From: a virus
Lineage: Duplodnaviria; Caudoviricetes
Direction: 5' to 3' (one strand)
IMG/VR virus record: IMGVR_UViG_3300032232_001415
Coordinates: 90,653-154,652 of that record
DNA length: 64,000 bases
The translations under genes were made by a program, and so were the position numbers. The notes beneath the pieces were generated by a model, which did not search any database, had not been told where the DNA came from, and worked only from the letters and a program-made list of their open reading frames with translations. Positions within the stretch are counted from its first letter, which is position 1. Each line of letters opens with the position of its first letter. Below are positions 25,824 through 34,600 of the stretch, in pieces.

Positions 25824-26786
25824 TTACATTATCACTTGAGCTGTCAAACGTATTGTACACCAAAAAAGACTGTTATTTGCTGTTTCCATATCCATAATAC
25901 TTACTTCTTTAAAAAAACATTTATTCCAACGATAATTTTCATTATTAACAATATCACAATATATTTTTCCATTAATATTTTTATTACCTTTATAATTTAA
26001 TCCATTTATACCACTATTGATTATTTTATTAATATCATAAAGCCATATTGTTTTATGTTTTTGCATTCTTATTATATCGGTCAAAATATTTTTATCCGAT
26101 GATCTTTCAGTAAAAATATGTAATAGCATATCTTGATCATATATAAAGTCTGTTGCCCCCAGTTGCCAAGGAGTAGAATTGCTTCTGGCCACAGATTCTA
26201 TAACAATACACGGCATTTGAACTCTATGGTTAGCCGTAATATTAAAATCTCCTTTATCACTCTGATTGAATTGTGTTGATGGATTTAACAGATCTCCTTG
26301 TAATTCTGCCCACCATGGTGAGGCATTTGCTTTATGCACTTGACACCACCTATAGGAGTGTGCCATATTAACCACAGAACCGGTTGCTAGACCACTATTA
26401 AAAATCACTCTACCAAGAGGATAGTTTATTTCATATTTATAACTACCGCTTCCTGTTGGCGCTGGATAGTATGTATTATTAACAGTAACTCCACTTATAT
26501 TAATTGGTGAAAATCCATTATATGATATTCCAGTTTCCCATACTAAATCTTTATGAATAGTTTGCCAAACCATACCATTAGAATATGCTGGATCATTAGT
26601 TTGTTTCAGAATGTGTGTGGGATTTTGGCTAATTCCAGATGTTGGGATATTAATATTTATAAATCCGCCAATATTCAAAAATCCCCAATCCAAAAAACTT
26701 TTTAAATTATCTTCTAGCTGATCTAATAAAGAATTTTGACCTAAATTAGTAACATTATTAAATTTTGTATAATCTTCACAACTCAT
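25824..26786 (-). CDS. Probable tail terminator / tail completion protein
   Basis: 320 aa; C-terminal MPCIVIE...DMLLHIF...IRLTAQV pattern resembles tail terminator folds; directly upstream of the tail tube gene. Confidence 0.55.
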   Translation of the reverse strand: MSCEDYTKFNNVTNLGQNSLLDQLEDNLKSFLDWGFLNIGGFININIPTSGISQNPTHILKQTNDPAYSNGMVWQTIHKDLVWETGISYNGFSPINISGVTVNNTYYPAPTGSGSYKYEINYPLGRVIFNSGLATGSVVNMAHSYRWCQVHKANASPWWAELQGDLLNPSTQFNQSDKGDFNITANHRVQMPCIVIESVARSNSTPWQLGATDFIYDQDMLLHIFTERSSDKNILTDIIRMQKHKTIWLYDINKIINSGINGLNYKGNKNINGKIYCDIVNNENYRWNKCFFKEVSIMDMETANNSLFWCTIRLTAQVIM

Positions 26787-27427
26787 ATAGACTTCTCCAA
26801 TTCTGATTCTAATATTGATATAATTTTATCATCTAGTTTATTTATAGCTCTAGTTACCCAATTATTTGTTAATATTCCAGCAAACTCTGGTGGAACTCTC
26901 CAATTATTACCCTCGGACTCAACCATAATAGCCATTCCTGTTCTAGAATTCCTGTTACTGCCCATTCTTACTTTATAATTTTTTACTATAATTTTACCAC
27001 CATATAATAATAACCACTCCAACCAAGGCAAAGTAATACCAGAAACAGAATCAACAACAATAGCTGATTCATTACCAAGAACATCATCAAAATTATCTCT
27101 AATCATACTTAATGAGAATCCACCGGATAATCCTCTATTAGTAATTTTTATTGGTTTATATTCTATATTAATATTGTTACTCCATATTTCAATAATATTA
27201 TTAACTTTATCAGATGTTGGAATACCAAATTCATATTTTAATTGTCCAGAAATTAATGATTGATATTCTGGCTCACTCATTAGTGCTTTTTTAACTTCTT
27301 CAATTATTCTGGTTCTTATGGGTTTTATACTTTTTTTAAAAATCGTATCTACTTCTAAAACTAAAGCATCCAGTATTCTTCTATTAATTTCAGCATCATT
27401 CTCTAGAAGTTTTAGTGAAATTTTCAT
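26783..27427 (-). CDS. Probable neck / tail completion protein
   Basis: The ORF track starts at 27442, but ATG at 27425-27427 forms a TAATG overlap with the upstream stop and is the likelier start. PWLEWLL...NWVTRAI motifs; position in the neck cluster. Confidence 0.5.
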   Translation of the reverse strand: MKISLKLLENDAEINRRILDALVLEVDTIFKKSIKPIRTRIIEEVKKALMSEPEYQSLISGQLKYEFGIPTSDKVNNIIEIWSNNINIEYKPIKITNRGLSGGFSLSMIRDNFDDVLGNESAIVVDSVSGITLPWLEWLLLYGGKIIVKNYKVRMGSNRNSRTGMAIMVESEGNNWRVPPEFAGILTNNWVTRAINKLDDKIISILESELEKSI

Positions 27428-27960
27428 TATGCTCTTTTCCATACTGTAAAAACATATCGTGTATCACCAAAACCGGCAAATTCTGGATCATTAGCTCTAA
27501 TATAATAATATGCTCCATATCCAGATCTAGAATTATCAATCATTATTTTATCTGCTGTTTTAATTTTTGGAAGTAAATCTGTTTTACATATTGTTTGCAC
27601 CATACCATCAACAACATGTATCGGATTAGATTTAGAATTCCAATTAAACCAATATTTACTATCAAATAATACTGCAAGATAAATTATTTCTTCTGAGCTT
27701 GTAGAATCAAATCCCAAACCATTGCAAACTGGACATATGCTATATTCAGCAAATGGTGATGTTCCACTACCATTGTATTTATTTAATGATCTACTATTTA
27801 TAGGATCAAATATACAATTAGAACATAATGTTGGATTATTATTTGAGTATAATAAAGTGCATGGTAAACTTAATCCATTTTGAGAAATCAAAGAGTCTAT
27901 AGCATCATTATAGACAGTTTTTAAACTACCATAATTAATATTATCAAATATATTTGTCAT
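27427..27960 (-). CDS. Probable head-closure / head-tail connector protein with CxxC...CPxCxG motifs
   Basis: 177 aa with LCSNCIFDP and ICPVCNGLG; beta-rich C-terminus; first gene of the neck-tail cluster. Confidence 0.5.
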   Translation of the reverse strand: MTNIFDNINYGSLKTVYNDAIDSLISQNGLSLPCTLLYSNNNPTLCSNCIFDPINSRSLNKYNGSGTSPFAEYSICPVCNGLGFDSTSSEEIIYLAVLFDSKYWFNWNSKSNPIHVVDGMVQTICKTDLLPKIKTADKIMIDNSRSGYGAYYYIRANDPEFAGFGDTRYVFTVWKRA

Positions 27961-27990
27961 ATAAGTCCTAATGTAAAAATAGGTATTCTA

Positions 27991-28004
27991 TTTTAGAATA
28001 CACC
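27991..28004 (-). promoter_or_regulatory. Candidate phage promoter motif GGTGTATTCTAAAA
   Basis: GTGTAT core about 38 nt upstream of the 27960 start; the same core occurs in two other intergenic gaps. Confidence 0.4.
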
Positions 28005-28014
28005 CCTACAAATT

Positions 28015-28353
28015 CTATGATGGATTACCACTTGGTGGAAGTATGGTTACTGTGCCATCTTCATTCATGGTAAATTGGCCAACAACCGATGATCCTTCAG
28101 CTATAGCAGCAGCATCTATTGTGGAAATTAATTGACCTAATTTATAATGAAGACTAAATAATTCTTTACCATTATTGCCCAAGGCTAAAGCTATTTGTTC
28201 AGGAGTAGCATTAGGATTGTCCCAAAACATTTTAGACCCTCTATTAAATACTCCAAGCATATTATTATATATATTTTTTGCTTGTAATTTTAGTGATTCT
28301 GCAATTTCAGTTGGTGTTTTTGGTGGCTCTTTTCTGCTTAAATCTAGTGGCAT
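28015..28353 (-). CDS. Hypothetical protein
   Basis: 112-aa ORF overlapping the upstream gene end, GGAG RBS. Confidence 0.7.
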   Translation of the reverse strand: MPLDLSRKEPPKTPTEIAESLKLQAKNIYNNMLGVFNRGSKMFWDNPNATPEQIALALGNNGKELFSLHYKLGQLISTIDAAAIAEGSSVVGQFTMNEDGTVTILPPSGNPS

Positions 28354-29075
28354 GATAGTTCTCCTTGTGGTAATATTAACTGACCGGGTTGATTAATACT
28401 ATTAAAAAGTTTTATATCTTTATTATAATAGTTTTCTACTAAGTTTCTTTGATCTTGTGATAATGTTGGTTTGGTTCTTTTTGCCTTGTTAGCTACTAAT
28501 GATTCATTTTCGTTTATTCCTATAAACTTCAAACAGTCACTTAAATTATCAGGAAAGTTAAAGACATAAGTTTCTCTTTGAATATATTTATGCTGGTGAA
28601 AAAAATGTACATCGTCTCTCAGATATCCAAATCGTTTGAAATCTCTTACTGGTAATCCTTGATCTATTCTGTTTTGTCTAGTTTCTAGCTTTTTAGCATT
28701 TATTTTTTCTAGATTAGCTAGTTGGTTTGATGCTTCAATATCTTCTCTTGTTCGAAGAAAAGCACTATCATCAACTAAAGAGTCTATTACTTTATCAATA
28801 TCTTCTGATTTGATGTTTATTTGCTGACAAGCAGTAATAAATCGATCAACTGGATTTCGTACCATCAGCACTATGGGCTTGTCTGGTGTTGTTGATCCTG
28901 GACACATCCAGTGCCATTGTTTTTGGTTTTCTGTTATTCCGTTGGGAAACCTAGCATAGCTAATTTTTTGATGTTCTTTTGGATAAAACTCTTTAATGAT
29001 CAATCGAGCCATAGTTGAAGAGCCAACTTTGGCATTGAGGGCGACACTATAATTTGGAGTATTATAATAGTACAT
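28344..29075 (-). CDS. Sulfotransferase family 2-like protein
   Basis: ALNAKVGSSTM (5'-PSB-like), IVLMVRNPVDRFITA (3'-PB-like) and DVHFFHQ motifs match the sulfotransferase_2 pattern. Confidence 0.7.
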   Translation of the reverse strand: MYYYNTPNYSVALNAKVGSSTMARLIIKEFYPKEHQKISYARFPNGITENQKQWHWMCPGSTTPDKPIVLMVRNPVDRFITACQQINIKSEDIDKVIDSLVDDSAFLRTREDIEASNQLANLEKINAKKLETRQNRIDQGLPVRDFKRFGYLRDDVHFFHQHKYIQRETYVFNFPDNLSDCLKFIGINENESLVANKAKRTKPTLSQDQRNLVENYYNKDIKLFNSINQPGQLILPQGELSCH

Positions 29076-31621
29076 TATGGATAAACTGCTAATTGTGAAG
29101 TTGGGGGGGTGAAATTAGTATTATATAACGAAGCTCCTCTTACTATTCTCAAATCGTCTATATATCCAAAAAATTCTTGGCCACCAGTAGCTCCACCAGC
29201 ACCTATAACAACATTATCTGTATTTGTACTAATAATAAAATCTTCTATAGTTTGAGAACCTTCTAGATTGCCATCTATAAATATTTTAAAGGTATCATAT
29301 AATCGAGTAACTGCAACGTGATACCAAGTATTGGTCGATAAAGTACTAGTAGAATCTAAATTAATTCCCCAGCTACTTCCATCGTTTGTTGCTATTATAT
29401 TTAGTTTGTTATCGTTACATTGAAAAATAAATCCTCCATAGGTTCCGGTATTTGCTCGTTTACTAAATATCACTCTTGCTCCAGTAACATTGCTAGGTCT
29501 TATCCAGCACTCTATTGTGAAATTACTATTAAGGAAATTAAAATTATCTTTTCCTGTGCTATAGCTAATATAGTCTCCTGTTCCGTCAAAATATATGCTT
29601 GCAGTACCATACTTATATTGTGTTGTACTAGTAATTGTGTTGCCATTTCGAGTTGCTGTTAATGCTTTATGCCCATCATCCGTAAATATGGTACCATTAT
29701 TTGTTCCGTTGCCCTTTAATAATAGTATTGTGGTTCCCTGAGTTGCTGCTGTTGTGCTCGTAGTGGCTTCTGCTGATGGTACAACGAAGTCTTGATAGTA
29801 AGCACATTTTCCTCTAACAAGTTTAAAATCATCAATATATGCTGAGGACGCACTACTTGCCCAAAATCCATATGATCTTCCTAATCTTAACTTATATGGT
29901 CCTGCTGGAGTTGGTTGTTCAGCAACTCCGACTAAAATTCCATTAAAATAAACTTTCTTATATTTAGAATCTTGAGCACAAACAACATGGTGCCATGTCC
30001 CGCTAGACACATTACAACTTGATGTTACAGCACCTGTTCCATTATTATTAAAATGAATATCATTACTAGTGTAAAGATGAATATTTACTCCACTATTATT
30101 ATCTACTCCTGTTGAGTTTGCAAGATAAACTATACCTTCATAAGCGGCAGTTGCTGTTGGCCTATATATCCAAAACTCTATGCTCCAATCCATATTAGAT
30201 AAATCTGGAATTATATAAGACTCATTTCCTATTGAGCCACTATTTATACTCAAAGAAGCACTGCCATATTTTTTAGTTGTGGTATTCAAACTAGGCGAAC
30301 CAGTTTGTAATGTTATGCTTCTGGAGTTGCTACTTGAATCTGTGAATGTTGTACTTCCATTCGATCCATTTAAATTTAATAATAGTTCTACTATTGGAGA
30401 TAATGATCCGAATACTGTATATCCTTTATTTGTTGCTATGGTGGGATCATCAGCGTCTCCACCAGTATTATCACTAACTTCTATACTTCCGTTTCCATTT
30501 AACAAATCGGTATATAGCTGATTTAAATCAGACGAGCTTAGATTATTAGAACTGATATTTAGTGAATATTTTATCTCTGGAGAGCCGACCACTGTCTGTC
30601 TCCACCAAAAACTGCTCGCAGTATAATAATAAGTGTAGCCCTGTGGAGCTACTGAGGGACTAGTTAAAAACTTTGAATAAAAAGGTCGTACTGAAGTTAA
30701 ATTATTATTTGAAACGTCAGTATTGTAAAAATATCCATCTAAAGATCCGTTTGATGACGATGGATAAATTGTTATACTTTGATTTCCTCCAATTGCTGCT
30801 TTAGCAAAATTAGCTCCACTAACATAAGTAGTTTTTGTTCCATCCCACCAGTTTACAGTATAGTATCCGCTACTGGTAGAAACATATCCAGTTATATCTC
30901 CACTACTTTTGGTGCTAGTCATAACAATATGATTATATAGTTTTGGTGCTATTGTGGCATTTTTACTAGGTGGACTACTTGGTATAACAAATGATTGCCC
31001 AGTATAAAGAGCAACCCCTTTAATTATTCTGAGACTATCTATATGTCCATTCAATCCCTCGGCAGTAGAATGGGACGATGCTCCAATAGTTACATTTCGA
31101 GTTGCCCCTAAATCGGCGTTGTTATAGCCTGACAAAATTTTAAATCCATTAACGTATATAGAAAAATTTCCATTTTCTCTAGTAATAGCAATATGATTCC
31201 ATTGTGATATTGGACAATTAGTAGAAGAATACCAATTATACGATGTCCCATTGATATAAAAAGAATTAGTAGACGCTTGATGTCTAAACAAAATACCATT
31301 AGTATAGTCTCCAATACTAATAATTCCTTGAGTACTTCCTTCACTTATCATATACAGCCAAAATTCTATTGTAAATGATCCTGTTCCAAATCCAAAAGCA
31401 GCGTTGGTAGAGTACTGAACATAGTCTCCAGACGAATCAAAGTATCCGCTGCTATTATCAAACTTACTTTGTGCTGTGCTTATTTTAGCAGTTCCATAAA
31501 CTGTTCCAGTATGATTATAAATACTACTATCAGTAAAAGTAGTACTGTTATTGGCCCCATCAAAATTTAATAATAAACTTGCTGGATAAGTTCGTGGTAT
31601 TGATGCTAATAAACTACTCAT
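29075..31621 (-). CDS. Virion protein with three LamG / concanavalin A-like lectin domains
   Basis: Three copies of LLLxxxGxNxSTTFTD...FTIExW...WxHxA...xIDxxRIxxG. Confidence 0.85.
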   Translation of the reverse strand: MSSLLASIPRTYPASLLLNFDGANNSTTFTDSSIYNHTGTVYGTAKISTAQSKFDNSSGYFDSSGDYVQYSTNAAFGFGTGSFTIEFWLYMISEGSTQGIISIGDYTNGILFRHQASTNSFYINGTSYNWYSSTNCPISQWNHIAITRENGNFSIYVNGFKILSGYNNADLGATRNVTIGASSHSTAEGLNGHIDSLRIIKGVALYTGQSFVIPSSPPSKNATIAPKLYNHIVMTSTKSSGDITGYVSTSSGYYTVNWWDGTKTTYVSGANFAKAAIGGNQSITIYPSSSNGSLDGYFYNTDVSNNNLTSVRPFYSKFLTSPSVAPQGYTYYYTASSFWWRQTVVGSPEIKYSLNISSNNLSSSDLNQLYTDLLNGNGSIEVSDNTGGDADDPTIATNKGYTVFGSLSPIVELLLNLNGSNGSTTFTDSSSNSRSITLQTGSPSLNTTTKKYGSASLSINSGSIGNESYIIPDLSNMDWSIEFWIYRPTATAAYEGIVYLANSTGVDNNSGVNIHLYTSNDIHFNNNGTGAVTSSCNVSSGTWHHVVCAQDSKYKKVYFNGILVGVAEQPTPAGPYKLRLGRSYGFWASSASSAYIDDFKLVRGKCAYYQDFVVPSAEATTSTTAATQGTTILLLKGNGTNNGTIFTDDGHKALTATRNGNTITSTTQYKYGTASIYFDGTGDYISYSTGKDNFNFLNSNFTIECWIRPSNVTGARVIFSKRANTGTYGGFIFQCNDNKLNIIATNDGSSWGINLDSTSTLSTNTWYHVAVTRLYDTFKIFIDGNLEGSQTIEDFIISTNTDNVVIGAGGATGGQEFFGYIDDLRIVRGASLYNTNFTPPTSQLAVYP

Positions 31622-31622
31622 G

Positions 31623-34600
31623 TTAGTTGGTCTTATTGCCTATATAGTGTCCTTGCATGGTTCCGCTTCCAACTGATCGTAACAGCACAATATGTCTGCC
31701 GCTTGGTAACGGAGAATCTGGTTGTCGGTACCAATCGTTAACTATGGTCCAAGTAATGCTAGTATTTCCACTAGAGAAAATATTAAGCGTGGTTTCTCTT
31801 GCTACAGAACTGCTTGAAGGCCAACCAGTTCCTGTTGTAAATGTTGTGGCAACACCATTTAGTGTTAAAGTCTGGATTTGACGATCTTGACCACAATTAA
31901 TAGCGTTACTTCCACTTATAGTTCCAAGATTAAATACTGAAGTATCATATAAACCAACGCCAGACCCATTCAGATTTAATGATCCGCTAACACTTAAACC
32001 ACTAGCTATTATTCCACTACCAATAACGTGAAGTTGAGATGTTGGAGATGTTGTTCCTATACCAACAGCCCCAGTATAACCATTAATTACTGTTCTTGGC
32101 GTCCATGTAGCCCCAGAGTGATATCCAAATTGAACAAACCTAAAGGTGCTACCGTCATTGGCGGTAGAGATTCCTAAATGATTACCTTCTTTACCAATAG
32201 TATAATCATTAGCGGTTCCTCCTCCTCTATTAAATTGTAATTTATTTCCTATACTTGTTGCTGTATCACTCAATCTTATATTTCCATCAACTGTTAATTT
32301 TTCTGGAGGAGTTGTTGCTTGAACTCCCGTACCAATACCAACATTCCCATTAGTTCTATCCATTGTCATTACAGATGACCAAGAAGATGCCCCACCTTTT
32401 CGTTGTATATTTAGAAAACCATCAGTTCCTCTGTCAAAAAATCCCCATCCGTATGTGGATGCTGAAATATCCCCATTAAGACTAGAGAAAAATGGAATAG
32501 TATCACTATTTCCAACACCTAAATAAGTTCTAGTCACTGTAGGCCCAGAAATCATTAATGAAGCATTATTTGTAACACTGCCACTAACATGTAATACTGA
32601 TAATGGAGATGTAACAGCTGATGTTGGACTAATACTTAGTCTTCCATCAACCAACCCTGTTCCAAGAACGTGTAGTCTACCACTTGGAGAAGCTGTTCCT
32701 ATGCCAACATTAGTACCATTATCAAAAATGATTCCACTACTAACACTATTAGATCCGCTCCATCGTGTTAAATATCCACTAGTTCCAATTCCAGTAATAG
32801 GATTAGTTAGAGCTAATTGATAAGGAGTTAACAGTCCACTGACACTACTATTAAAATTACTAATATCTGATGAAGTATGACTATGTCCGCTAATACTAAC
32901 ACCAGTACCATTAACTTGTAAAGATTGAGTAAAATTTCCACTATTGGCTGTTATCAGTCCGCTAACTTGTAACGTGCTAGATGGACTACTTGTTCCAATA
33001 CCTACTCTTCCAACACTATCTATTCGTAATCTTTCAACGCCGCTAGTGCTAATACCAAAAGTATTTGCTGATGGGCTAAACATTCCAGTATCAGGATCGT
33101 TAACAAACTCAAAAGAAGGTAAGGCGGCAGTTCCTGATCCACCGATGAACGATCCTGTTGCTAAAATGTCTCCAGCAACGTGAAGTTTACTAGACGGAGA
33201 ACTTGTTCCTATTCCTACATTACCAACGTCTGTTATTCTTACTCTTTCTTGTAAACTTGATCCACCGTTGGTATGAAAAGCCAACATGCCTTCAGTTGGA
33301 CTGCCCTCGGTAGAAACATCTATTTGTGCTATAACACTATTTATATCGTTAATAGTATTATACCATGTTATTGGTGCTATATTATTAGATGCATCAGGAA
33401 TAGCAAATGTATGCCTTATAGAACCATTAATATTTATATTTCCAACAACATCCAAAGCTTCTGATGGAGTTGCTGTTCCTATTCCAACGGTAGCATTACC
33501 ATTAGCATTACTATTAACTATTAAAGTATTCTCTATTATAGCGCCATAATCTCCTAATAGTTGACACGCACTACCTCCATTTCCTCCTCCGTTGTTAACA
33601 ACCAATCCATTGGTATCCATAACAACAGCATTGCCAGGAGTGTCTACTTTTTCTCCCACTCCAAGAGTATTAAATATAGCAGACCCATTATTGATCCATG
33701 TGTAATCAAATCCATTATCTATTGGACCAATTTGTAAAGCATTATGAATCCATGCTACTGAATTAATAGATAGATCAGCCTCACCACCAGCTGACAAATT
33801 ATTAAAAGCATAATTAGTGGTTCCTATTCCAACATTTCCAACATTATTTATTCGTAATCTTTCAACTCCGCTAGTACTAATACCTAAAGTATTTGCTGCT
33901 GGAGAGAATAAACCAGTATCTGGATCTCCAGTAAATTCAAAGGATGGATTACCAGCAGTACCAGATCCGGCTATGAAAGATCCTGTTGCCAAAACGTCTC
34001 CAGCAACATGAAGCTTAGATATTGGGTTGACTATACCTATTCCTATATTACTTCCACTCTGATAAATATTACTATTTATTAATCCACTAGTACTATTCCA
34101 TTGTGGTAAATATCCTGATGTTGAAGCTCCAGTACCAGTACCAGTAACAGGATTTGTTAATAAAGCTTGTTTATTATTAAAAGTACTCCAGTCGGTGCTG
34201 CTCAAGACTCCCCTATTAGAAGCTGATGCGGTTGGAATATTTAATGTAATAACTGGAGTCGTAGTATTTGTCGCTACTGTGCTAGTAATATCAGTTCCAG
34301 TAGTGCCGACAGTTAAAGCCGCTACACTAGTAACAGTCCCAACATTAGTTGTATATCCACTCGGATTACTAGAGGGATAACCTCTAATATCGCCCAATAA
34401 TTCAGCTGCTGTTCTTGAAGATATGGCCTGAGCGCTACCGCTAGGATTAGTTACCCATACTGGAAAATAAGTTCCAGAGACTAATCCATTAGGAGATCTT
34501 ACAGAAATTCTGTCAGTAATTCTTAAAATATCTGTAGTAGTATCGTTGTCATAGAAAGAGACATTTTCTCCACCCGCAGACCAATAATTAAATGATGTGT

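Noticed and set aside
24768-27960. Contractile tail or contractile injection system interpretation
   Set aside because: No sheath or baseplate wedge gene recognised in the window; the gene order fits a non-contractile phage tail.
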